From assembly GCF_963921235.1 (NCBI RefSeq), contig NC_086108.1:58902001-58966000 (forward strand): DNA of 64,000 bases, given 5' to 3'. Every line of letters begins with the position of its first letter. Position 1 is the stretch's first letter. The notes under the pieces are model-generated. The model was not told the DNA's origin, made no database searches, and saw only the letters and a program-made list of their open reading frames with translations. This document shows, in pieces, positions 52,153 through 62,884 of this stretch. The stretch comes from Mobula hypostoma. Taxonomy: Eukaryota. The position numbers and the translations under genes are program-made.

Positions 52153-52770
52153 CCATGAAGACCTTGCTTGGCTTGCAGAGAGAGGGATTCTTTCATTGGA
52201 TCCTTCATGTCCAGCTGGAGTCTCAATCCCACATCATGCTGCCCTCGAGATGGCTGTGAGGTGGAGGAGATGATCAGTGACCTCATCGTCTACTGCGTAT
52301 TTGCCAAGAAAGCCTGGAAAATGATGCAATGGTCTATTTTGAGGTACACATCCCTAGCATCTGTACAGTCCTTCCCTGGGATGATACATATCAAGGCGAT
52401 TATCGACCACTGCTAGAAGATAACCAACGGGATAAAAGATACACTTCGGTCTGCCCAAACCTACAAGGCTTCCAACTGGCACATTCCAAGATGTGGGAAT
52501 ATGTTCTGAAAGATGCACTGAAGCTCAGTGCAACCATTGCAAAAACTCTGAGGCGTAGAAACGCAATCTAGTGTTCTGCCACCATTGAAAGCAGAGTGAA
52601 TGGGCCCTGTGTACCAGGCTGTCAAATGCATCATGTTGAGCATTGTTTAAGGGGGAAACACAAGTGGCATTGATGTATTGAACTGATAGGCCAGTTGATT
52701 GTAAAGACATGCTCCAATAGGTTTTACTGTATATAATTATGTTTAAAGTACATTTTTGGAAATAAAAAAT
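52153..52770 (+). mobile_element. Tx1/L1-clade LINE 3' end (zf-RVT)
   Basis: HEDLAWLA.. and CPRDGCEVEEMISDLIVYCVFAKKAWK resemble the Tx1 zinc finger; ends aaagtacatttttggaaataaaaaa. Confidence 0.75.
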
Positions 52771-52789
52771 TAGATTCCTATGCTATGCC

Positions 52790-52880
52790 CAGGAAATCCA
52801 GAGTAACACACAGTAAATGCTGAAGGAACTCAGCTGTAGAGACAGCACTGTTGTTTTGGGCCAGGGCCCTTCGTCAGGAC
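52790..52880 (-). mobile_element. Penelope-like terminal repeat fragment with hammerhead motif remnant
   Basis: Minus strand: gtcctgacgaagggccctggcccaaaac. Confidence 0.8.
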
Positions 52881-53574
52881 CACTGAACCATTCGACCCTG
52901 CTCTGCATTTAAAGTTATGCTAACAATGTAATTGTAAGAAATGTGACCTGTGATGGAAGGTGCTGACATCAATGTTTTGGATTATATACATATATCATAT
53001 ATTTTTGAAACAAGAAATTGATTTTAGATAGGGTGTTGAGAGGCAGGGAAAGACTACTTGACATCGGAGAAACAGGACTGCTTATTGAACTTGGAGGCTG
53101 TGCCAAACTGTGCTATTAGGTTAAGTTCTTGGGTTATACATTTCTATTGAAAAACTTCTATTGGAATTAGATTTTTAAAATGAAATGGAGATGCATGAAA
53201 CCTGGAGGCACTCAGGCTTTGCAGAAGATTGTAGAGAGCTGAGACGGAATAGAGAGATGGAACAACCCTGAGGTATATAGCGTGCAGAGTGGATATCACG
53301 GTATCAAGGAGGAATTTGATTTCTACCAAAATGAGCCTTGGTATTAGATTAAGCATTTGTCTTTCCTTCTTCCATCTTTCAGATTTAACACTAATTATGT
53401 TACTGAAACAGTGAAGCTTAATGGTGCCACATTTAGAACAGAGTAGTGAAATTCTATAAGCAGAAGCATTATGCCGGGACCAGCATTCACTTTACGCCCA
53501 TCTTTAAGTAACTAGAAGCTACAACAAGAACAGAAATTCCTTTGACCAAGCAAACTGTTATTTTTATCTCAAGC

Positions 53575-54497
53575 TCAAGAAAATCTGCAGATGCTGGAAA
53601 TCCAAACAGCACGCACAAAATGCTGTAGGATCTCAACATCTATGAAAAAGAGTACAGTCAACGTTTTGGGCTGCCTTCATCAGGGCTACAGAAAAAAAAG
53701 ATGGGGAGTCAGAGTTAGGTGGGGAGGGCAGGAAGAAACACAAGTTGATAGGTGTAACCGGGGTTGGGGGGGGAAAGGTGAAGTAAAGAGCTGTAAATTG
53801 GTGAGAAAGCGAGACAGGGTTGCAGAAGAGGGAATTTAATAGGAAAGGACAGAAGGCCGTGGAAGAAAGAAAAGGGGGGGGGAGCATCAGAGGGAGGTGA
53901 TGGGCAGGTAAGGAGATAAGGTGAGAGAGGGAAAAGAGAATGGGGAATGGTGAAGGGAAGGGGATTTCCAGAAGTTCAAGAAATTGACGTTCATGTCATC
54001 AGGCTGGAGATTACCCAGATAGAATATATGAGGTGTTGCTCCTCCAACATGAGTGTGGCCTCATCGTAGTAGTAGGGGAAGCCATGGACTGACATGTCGG
54101 AATGGGAATGGGAAGTGGAATTAAAATGGGTGGCCACTGCGAGATCCTGCTTTTTCTGGCAAACAGAGCATAGGTGCTTGGCAAAGCGGTCCCCCAATCT
54201 ACGTCAGGTCTTTCTGATATACAGGCAGCCACACCAGGAGTACCACGTAGAGTAGATGACCCCAACAGACTCACAGGTGAAGTGTTGCCTCACCTGGAAG
54301 GACTGTTTGGGGCCCTGAATGGTAGTGAGGGAGGAGGTGTAGGGGTGGGTGTAGCTTGCAAGGATAAGTCTCAGGAGGGAGATCAGAGGGGAGGGATGAA
54401 TGGACAAGGGAGTTGTGTAGGGAGTGATCCCTGCTAGAAGCAGAAAGTGGGGGGCAGGAGGGAAAGATGTGCTTGGTGGTGGGATCACTATGGAGAT
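53575..54497 (-). mobile_element. Penelope-like element 3' part (GIY-YIG)
   Basis: TTIQGPKQSFQVRQHFTCESVGVIY..CGCLYI..GDRFAKHL..VATHFNS..LEEQHLIY; same family as 34416-36379. Confidence 0.92.
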
Positions 54498-54599
54498 GGT
54501 TATTTTCATCTGGTATCTTAGGAACCTGAAAAAATTTCCACATGAGATGGTTGTAAATTGGAAATTACATTGTAAATTGATGCTAGTATTAATGTAATT

Positions 54600-54770
54600 A
54601 TGTACCTTTTATCCCATATCTGTGTACTTCAACCTCAAACTTTATTTTTTATATAATTCCTCACTCATTATAATTGTTTTTTTGTTGCATGTCACACCCT
54701 GTCCAACACCACAGCAAATTCCTAGTAAGTGTAAATGTATATGTTGAGTAAAGTTGACTCTTGATCCTTG
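54600..54770 (+). mobile_element. LINE 3' UTR fragment (Rex/Babar-like)
   Basis: ttgttgcatgtcacacc..gcaaattcctagtaagtgtaaatgtatatg..aaagttgactcttgatccttg short-repeat tail. Confidence 0.5.
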
Positions 54771-55234
54771 CCATCACATTACACCCAGTGCTTCATATTC
54801 TTTGGACATAAAATCAAACAGGGACAATGGGGTTTTAATTTTATTTTCCCAAATTTACTTGCTTCCCTTCTGTAATCATTGACATGGCAGGATATGATGG
54901 AATCGGTGTGAAGTAGGAAAGTGAGATATCATAAAGCACTTGGCTCAAACAGCCGCTTCTCATGTGCTGAGGATGTTATTGGTGAATATTCAACTGCACG
55001 AAGCATTACAACTCATTACATGCTTATCCATTAATCCTAAAGGGAAGCATGATAATTTAATTGTTAAGAACTCTTAACTGGAATAATATAACTAGGACTT
55101 GGTGATATAGCAAAATATAATGACATAATTAAATAAAAATATAAGTTTATAAATCCAGCTCTCTTAAATTCATTTCACCATCACAGTATTCATCTTGAAA
55201 TATAATGAATGCAGGAATCTTTCACAGGACTTAC

Positions 55235-55386
55235 TGTGTAGAAAATGACTGGCACTACTTGTCCCTAGCTTATTGGCAGCCACGCATGTGTAGTTGCCAT
55301 AGTGATCCTCAGTAATGTTAGTGACAGTGAGGATAGATCTGGTGTTGAAGTTCTTGATATGAATTCCTTGCCTGCCGGAGGCCAAC
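55235..55386 (-). CDS. NEGR1: IgLON-family cell adhesion molecule, penultimate coding exon (C-terminal half of Ig domain 3)
   Basis: 152-nt exon flanked on minus by tgtcaatccattAG and A|GTAAGT. Encodes [50 protein letters not shown], close to NEGR1 as recalled ([49 protein letters not shown]). Phase 2 start, phase 1 end. Confidence 0.93.
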
Positions 55387-56449
55387 CTAATGGATTGACA
55401 AAAACAAGATGATTAGAAAACAATGATCTTCAATGGGTGATGGAAATCACACTCTTTCTTCCGTAAATTGTGGTATTTAGAATTAAATCCTCATTATTTC
55501 TGTAGACAAAAATTGTTTCAACAGTGTGAGGGCTAAGCCACATACAATGAGACAAGTGAAATGATGCAATTATAATTAGCATCAATAATGAGCTGATAGC
55601 ACTTACCTTTTGTTTGCAGAATTATATGGGAAACAACCTGCTATCACCTTCTCATTGTTCGTACAGTTTCTGCACCTATGCCTGTCTGCTGAAAGATGGA
55701 AGTCTCCAAAGAGCTGCAGGTCAGACCTCCTCTTTGACAGTGGACCCAGCAGAGTTCAACACTGGAGCATTAATGTACTGTGGAGAGGGACTAACATGCA
55801 ATTTCCACCTTTCATTCATTCAAATGGGGTTGGTGGCACAGCATGCAAAAGTATGTAATATACTTACTTGACTTTATTTTACTGTACTTATTGGGGCTTT
55901 AAAATAGTCAAGTAAGTATATCATATCGTTTGATTTAAATTCTTGATTTTTCCTGTTTTTATAAACCTTTATCAGAGGAAATTAAAAAAAATTCCAGATG
56001 TGTTTGGCATCAATAAGCTGTCAAAGGCCATTAATTGGTCCCAATGATGGACCTCAGGATGTGATGTCATCACCTGCTTCAAGCCTTACCCCTGCTTCAA
56101 GTCTGTTGTTTACCCTGCTCAGAAATGGCCAGTCCTCCCTGTCTGGGAAAAGTGAAATGTACATGGTTAGGAATCTTTGGACAGTGGGCCAGATCCAGGA
56201 TAATCCAGTCCAGTATACCCAGTGGGTTCACCGAAAGTATGAAGCACAACTTTTGTTGAAAAAAATGGTTTGTGAATTTATGGAGTCAATGGCAAATTGA
56301 AAATTTGTATTTATTTTGCTTAGCCATGTGTTTTCATTTCTGGATTTCCTATTCAATTTTGTTTCATCATATATTTTTGCAATTTTTGCTCATTTCTTTC
56401 TCAATTCCTGCTAAAATATTGTTTACATTGTTTAAATTTACATTTACAT

Positions 56450-56685
56450 CATTTATTATATTGTAATTTGTCCTTTACTGTGCCTATTGTCTTGTTTATT
56501 AATTATTGCACTGTCTTGCACTGTTTTGTGCACTTTATGTAGTCCCGTGTAGGTCTAAAGTCTAGTGTAGTTTTGTGTTGTTTCATGTCGTACCATGGTC
56601 ATGGAGGAACATTGTTTCCTTTTTACTGTGTACTGTACCAGCAGTTATGGTTGAAATGACAATAAAAGCGACTTGACGACTTGAT
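56450..56685 (+). mobile_element. Rex1/Babar-type 3' UTR
   Basis: Highly similar to 22262-22496; (GACTT) tail. Confidence 0.88.
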
Positions 56686-57384
56686 TTTCAACAAATGGAG
56701 CTGACTTTTACAATAGGTATTTTCTTTTTTTATGCTTTAGAAGTGCTTTTTTTAATGAGTTCAAATTCTCAACACACCAGGATGAGATATACTCTCGAAT
56801 TGTCTGAATTATTAGTTCAGTAACGTAACTAATGCATGACCATTGTTGGTGTCTGATTCAGCCACTGTGTCAGCAGGCAGTCAGTCATCAATTTTCTCTA
56901 CTTATTAATCAAAGAGTTATGCTCACCAAAATTCAGCTGAACTCTTTATCCTGTCTAATTACATCACAAGAGGACAAGGTAGATGAAGAGAATGAAATGG
57001 CGAATAATAAGCATGAGAAAAAAAACCTTTCTTTCTATATAATGATGATGATGACAGACCCCCAAAATACGTTTGTACTTATTGGAATTTGTGACTGTCC
57101 CATATTTGCCTGATTCAAGCTGTTCTTAAAATACAGCAGCCACCCTTGCTTTTTCACCTCCCAAGCAACAAGTGAGAAAATTTCAGCTCGGGATGTAAAC
57201 AGTGTAAGCGAGGATATGAGACTAGATAATGCACATAGAAAACAAGAATCTGGAATCGAAGAGTTAGTGTAATTTTCCCTTTAAAGCCTGTATAGAAGTG
57301 TGCCCTTGAGTGCTGTATTGGCCAAATCTAGAATTTATGGGATCTTGCTTGGCCTTAGGGACATGACGTCAATAAAGTATGTGA

Positions 57385-57630
57385 AGGAGAATAAAGTACT
57401 GTTGAGGTGTAACTACTGTTGTAAACTCTGGAACCAATATGAAAAGGAGTTTTAGAAACAGATTGTGATATTAACCTGATAATTTATTTTTAGGCATCAA
57501 TTGAAAGACAAATGTTGGCCAGGATACTTAATGAAGCACTACAATACTACAATGGGATCCTTCAGCTACACTCCTGTGAATAGAGTGTGGATTGTTTTAA
57601 TCAATCAAGCAAAAAACAATACTGTGATAG
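57385..57630 (-). mobile_element. degenerate Deu-domain SINE (SacSINE1/AmnSINE1-like)
   Basis: aagtactgttgaggtgtaactactgttgtaa..aaatgttggccaggata..atgggatccttcagctacac resembles the recalled reverse complement of the DeuSINE consensus. Confidence 0.5.
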
Positions 57631-57901
57631 CATTACAAAGAGAGATTGCTGGAAATCTTTTGTAGCAAGGGCAGGAATTTTAGAGAGAGAAAGTGCAATG
57701 CCAAGTAAAGGGGACTGTCAAACAGATGAAAGTATTTCTCAATAAATTTTGTCCTGTTGCTCCTTGCAGCATCAGCAATTGACTTTATGATCCACACCTT
57801 GCTTTTCATACAAATACTAACAATTTGTTCAACTACAATGTAAACATCAGGCAACCATCTCAAGAAACAATTGTTGATGAATCAAGAAACAATGATATTA
57901 G

Positions 57902-58345
57902 TCAAGATTCAAGATTGTTTAATGTCATTTCCAGTACAAGTATAAAGGAGAATGAAATAATTGTTACTCTGTATCCAGTGTAGCACAAAAAAGAAACACA
58001 ATAAGATAAAGAACAAAATAATAATAAAAACAATAAATATAAATATGTAAGACAATTTATATACATAGATTGATTGTATGTCCATAAAGCAAGGTTAGGC
58101 ACAGGACTGTCTGTACATAAGGCGACTGACAGAAAATGATGAAAGGAGTGGTGGTTGGGGTGTACAGGGGTGCGTTGGTGGGTGTAGGTGTTAATCAGCC
58201 TTACTGCTTGGGGAAGTAACTTCTTTTGAGTCTGATGGTCCTGGTGTGGATACTGCATATCCCCCTCTCTGATGGTAGTGGGACAAACAGTCCATGAGCA
58301 GGGTGGGTGGGATCCTTCACTAGCACCTTCCTGCATATATATATC
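57902..58345 (-). mobile_element. Rex1/Babar-type LINE 3' end
   Basis: Reverse complement closely matches 18720-19123. Confidence 0.9.
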
Positions 58346-58409
58346 CTCAGACATAAAATAAACTTAATTTAGGTTTAAAGAATATTTTTTTGCCAAAGCA
58401 TTGACAGAA

Positions 58410-58920
58410 CCAGTTAGGTCCCTGGATGGTGCTGAACGATGGGTGTAGGGACAGGTGCTGCACCTCCTGTAGTTGCAAGGCAAAGTGCCGAGGATAGAGA
58501 GAGCTGAGTGGGGAGGGTTAAGCCGACAGAGGAGCCACGGAGAGAGCAGTAACTGTGGAAAGTGGAAAGAGAGAGGCAAGGGAGGATATGACTGGTGGTG
58601 GGATTATGTTGCCGCAGGCAGAAGTGATGAAGGCACAAGTGCTGGATGTGGAGGGTGAAAGGTGAAAACCAAAGAAATCTGTCCCATTTCCTGTTGTGGC
58701 GATCGGAGTGAGATTAGAAGTCTGGGATATGTGATTAAAGGTTTCATTAACCATGGTGGAAGAAAAGGCCCCTTTCCTAAAGAGAGGGCATATCAGATGT
58801 CCTGGAATGGAAAACCCATCTTGAAAACAGATGTAGCAAAGATAAGAGAAAGGAATAGCATCCCTACAAATGAACAGGAGGGAGGAAGTGTGGCTAAGAT
58901 AACTCCAAGAGTCAGTATAG
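58410..58920 (-). mobile_element. Penelope-like internal fragment
   Basis: TDSWSYLSHTSS..DAIPFS.., GTLPCNYRRCSTCPY. Confidence 0.8.
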
Positions 58921-58944
58921 TTTGTCTCCTGCAACGGAGACAGA

Positions 58945-59975
58945 GTTCAAAGTTCAAATTAAAGTTATTTTCAAAACACATACTGTATGTCACCATTTAT
59001 AAGATTTATTTTTCTGCAGCCATTTACAGATAAAAATACAATAGGTTTTATGAAAAACTATATATAAATGACAAAGAATGACAAACACCAATGCGCAAAA
59101 GAAGACAAACTGAGCAAATAAAAATAATTCTGAAACATAAGCAGAAAAAAGTCCTTGAAAGTGAGTCTATAGATCATAGAATCAGTTCAGAATAGTGGTG
59201 AGTGAAATTATCCATGCTGGTCAGGAATCTTATGGTTTAGGATAATAACTGTTTCTGAGTGGGGACCTTGATGATCAATGCTGCTTTCCTGTGGTGACTC
59301 ACCATGCAAATGTACCTAATGTTGGGGAGGGCTGAGCCTGTGATAGACTGGGCTGTATCCACCACTTTTTGTAGCATTTTCTGTCCCTGACTACTGGCGG
59401 TTTCCATATCTGGCCCTGGAGCAACCATTTAGGCTACCCTCCGCTGTGCATGCATAGCTTTGCCAAAGTTTTTAGTGACACGCCAAATCTACACAAACTT
59501 CTAAGAAAGTGTTCTAAGAGGTGCTGCTATGATGACATTCATGTGCTGGTCCCAGGACACATTTTCTGATATGTGGATACCAAGGAATTTAAAGCTAGTG
59601 ACATCTCTGATCCCCTAATGGATCTCCAGCTTCTTCTTCCTGTAGTTGATAATCATCTCTTTGGTTTTGCTGATATTGGGTATGATGTTATCGTAAGAGG
59701 TGTTGGAGTTAGTCCAAGAGAACTTGAGGGGAGGGTGGAAGTTGGTAGTGAAGGTGATTAAATTTTCCGAGCAGCATCAATGTAGTTGTTGACATAATGG
59801 AGGAAGTGCTGGGTTGTGGTGCTAGTGAAGGTTTAGAACAAGGACAGTTCCACATAGCCAATAGAAAGACAGGCATAGCTGGGGCCATGTGCGTGACCAT
59901 GGCTCCATCCCTGATTTATTAAAGTGAGATGAATCAAAAGAGAAGCTGTTCTGGGTGAGAACAATTCCTGCACCT
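58945..59975 (-). mobile_element. Rex1/Babar-type LINE fragment
   Basis: LQKVVDTAQSITGSALPNI; (TTTGAAC) tail at 58945; part of 59690-59900 may be another PLE piece. Confidence 0.7.
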
Positions 59976-60224
59976 CTTCCAATCTCATTTATTTCATTTG
60001 GTAGTCTTTAAGTCAGCAAAACCATGCGTGGACTACGTGAGCATCCTGCAGAGCAGCAGCGCTCGATTTGCAGCAGCCATTTTGAGTTTCTGGAAGGAGG
60101 CCATTTTAACTCCCTTCTCATTCTCAGTATGCTCTGTCTGTCCTCTGCCAGGTCGAGGTCAGAAACAAACTAAAAGAATTATATTTCATATTCTCCCTGG
60201 GTTATCTCCATCCTTGAAGGCTTA

Positions 60225-60985
60225 GATCAGACCTGGCTTTCGAGGGGAATAAAGGAACAAGGAGAGAACTGAAATTGGAAATAAAGAAAGCTAAAAGGGC
60301 CATAAAACAGCCTTGGCTTCTAATAAAAACCAAAACCAATTCATACCTACATTAAAAATAAGAAGGTAGCTTGGGAGAGAGCAGGACCACTTGAGGATAA
60401 AGGAGGGAATTTATGCCCGGTCCAGAGGCTGTGAATGAGGTACTAAATGAGTACTTTGCACAGAGGATAGTAAGATTAGTATACTGATTCACTAGGGCAG
60501 GTTGATATAAAGTGGGAAGATATAAAGTGGTTAATGCGCCTGATGGGACCTATCCCAGATTACTGAAAGAGGAAAGAGAAGAGATTGTCAGGGGTTTGTT
60601 AGAAATCAATGTATCTTCTTTAATCACAGGTGAGGTCCCAGAGGACTGGAGAATAGCCGAGGTTGTTCCTCTATTTAAGAATGTAATAGAGACAAACCAG
60701 GGAATTATAGACTGGTGAACCTTATACTAGGTGAGAACAGGAAAGTTTAAAAGAGATTTATGAGGCATTTTCCTGACATAGCAAATGGTAGGTGCCTGGA
60801 ATTCACTGCCAGGGGAAGTTGTGGAAGCAGGTACAATACTAATGTTTGACTGACGTTTAGACAGACACTTGAACATGCAGGGGGTGGTGGGGTGCAGGCT
60901 ATGTACAGACAGAGGGGATTGGTGTCATGATCGGCACAGACTGAGTGGGCCAAGGGGCCTGTTCCTGTGAGGTACAGTTCTACAT
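60225..60985 (+). mobile_element. CR1 LINE, internally deleted
   Basis: APDGTYPRLLKE..TGEVPEDWRIAEVVPLFK joined directly to a CR1 3' end. Confidence 0.88.
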
Positions 60986-60999
60986 TCTAGCTCAATGTT

Positions 61000-61230
61000 A
61001 GGAACATTTACTTTTCCAATTTCAGGTAACCTACACTTCTGTGTTCATTTCTGTCTTTGATCCACTCAGATTCTCCCACCCTCCCTTTTAAACCCTCCAC
61101 TGTACCCTGTTAACTAGATTCAATCTCCTCCCTACCTGATTCCCTCTGCCCATCAGTTTTCTCTGATGTGGTTCCACAGAATATGTTACTAATCAGATTT
61201 CAGCATCTGCAGCATCACGGGTCACTTTCT
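61000..61230 (+). mobile_element. old Penelope-like 3' relic
   Basis: ttccaatttcaggtaacc..tcagatttcagcatctgcag, similar to 51560-51700 and 52120-52140. Confidence 0.5.
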
Positions 61231-61294
61231 AGGCACTCTCTCTCTACCTCCACCTTCCACTCCACCCACAGAGCTTGGACAGCCCATTTTATCT

Positions 61295-61469
61295 TAGAAA
61301 CATAGAAAATCCTATAACACAATACAGGCCCTTCAGCCCACAATGCTGTGCTGAACATGTACTTACTTTAGAAATTACCTAGGATTACTCATAGCCCTCT
61401 ATTTTCCTAAGCTCCATGTACCTATCCAGGAATCTCTTAAAAGACCCTATCGTATCTGCCTCCACCACC
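61295..61469 (-). mobile_element. CR1 LINE 3' end
   Basis: Closely similar to 16683-16860. Confidence 0.92.
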
Positions 61470-62884
61470 TTCTCAAGAAAGGGAGTAGAGATAGCCCAGG
61501 AATTATAGACCAGTGAGTCTTACTTCAGTGGTTGGTAAGTTGATGGAGAAGATCCTGTGAGGCAGGATTTAAGAACATTTGGAGAGGCATAATATGATTA
61601 AGAATAGTCAGCATGGCTTTGTCAAAGGCAGGTCATGCCTTACGAGCCTGTTTAAATTTTTTTGAGGATGTGACTAAACACATTGATGAAGGAAGAGCAG
61701 TAGATGTAGTGTCTATGGATTTCAGCAAGGCACTTGATAAGGTACCCCATGCAAGGCTTATTGAGAAAGTAAGGAGGCATGGGATCCAAGGGGACATTGC
61801 TTTGTGGATCCAGAACTGGTTTGCACATAGAAGGCAAAAAGTAGTTGTAGATGGGTCATATTCTGCATGGAGGTTGGTGACCAGTGGTGTGCCTCAGGGA
61901 TCTGTTCTGGGACCCCTTCTGTTTGTGATTTTTATAAATAACCTGATGAGGAAGTGGAGGGATGGGTTAGTAAGTTTGTTGATGACACAAAGGTTGGGGG
62001 TGTTGTGGACAGTGTTGGGGGCTGTCAGAGGTTACAGTGGGACATCGATAGGATGCATAACTGAGCTGAGATGTAGCAGATGGAGTTCAACCCAGGTAAG
62101 TGTGACGTGGTTCATTTTGGTACGTCAAATATGATGGCAGAATATAGTATTAATGGTAAGACTCTTGGCAGTGTGGAGGATCAGAGGGATCTTGGGGTCT
62201 GAGTCCATAGGTCACTCAAAGCTGCTGCACAGGTTGACTGTGTGGTTAAGAAGGCATACAGTGTATTGGTTTTCATCAACTGTGGGATTGAGTTCAAGTG
62301 CCGAGAGGTAATGTTACAGCTATATAGGACCTTGGTCAGACTCCACTTGGAGTACTGTGCTCATTTCTGGTCGCCTCACTACAGGATAGATGTGGAAACC
62401 ATAGAATGGGTGCAGAGGAGATTTACAAGGACGTTGCCTGGATTGGGGAGCATGCCTTATGAGAATAGGTTGAGTGAACTCAGCCTTTTCTCCTTGGAGC
62501 AATGGAGAATGAGAGGTGATCTGATAGAGGTGTACAAGATAATGAGAGGCATTGATCGTGTGGATAGTCAGAGGCTTTTCCCCAGGGCTGAAATGGCTAG
62601 CATGAGAGGGCATAGTTTTAAGGTGCTTGGAAGTAGGTACAGAGGAAATGTCAGGGGTAGGTTTTTTTACGCAGAGTGATCAGTGTATGGAATGGGCTGC
62701 CGGCGGCTGTGGTGGGGGTGGAAACGATAGGGTCTTTTTAGAGACTCCTGGATGGATATATGGAACTTAGAAAAATAGAGGGCTATGGGTGAACCTAGAT
62801 AGTTCTAAGGTAAGGACATGTTCGCCACAGCCTTGTGGGCTGAAGGGTCTGTATTGTGCTGTAGGATTTCTATGTTTCTATGTT
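61470..62884 (+). mobile_element. CR1 LINE RT region to 3' end
   Basis: [51 protein letters not shown]; (TTTCTATG)n tail. Confidence 0.96.

Larger units (their letters stand above)
25991..55234 (-). other. NEGR1: last intron of NEGR1 (29,244 nt, GT-AG)
   Basis: GTAAGT donor (55234-55229), polypyrimidine-CAG acceptor (25993-25991), phase-compatible. Small intervening exons cannot be excluded. Confidence 0.85.

Noticed and set aside
51523..52273. 192-aa Pro/Ser/Leu-rich ORF and neighbours
   Set aside because: Pyrimidine-rich PLE 3' region that is stop-poor by composition.
55170..55385. ORF-track entry as a standalone 71-aa gene
   Set aside because: It is an internal exon plus intron read-through; TTG is not a start here.
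60010..60170. Small CpG-containing patch with two GCCATTTT (YY1-like) motifs
   Set aside because: Too short for a CpG island and wedged between repeats; a promoter cannot be supported.
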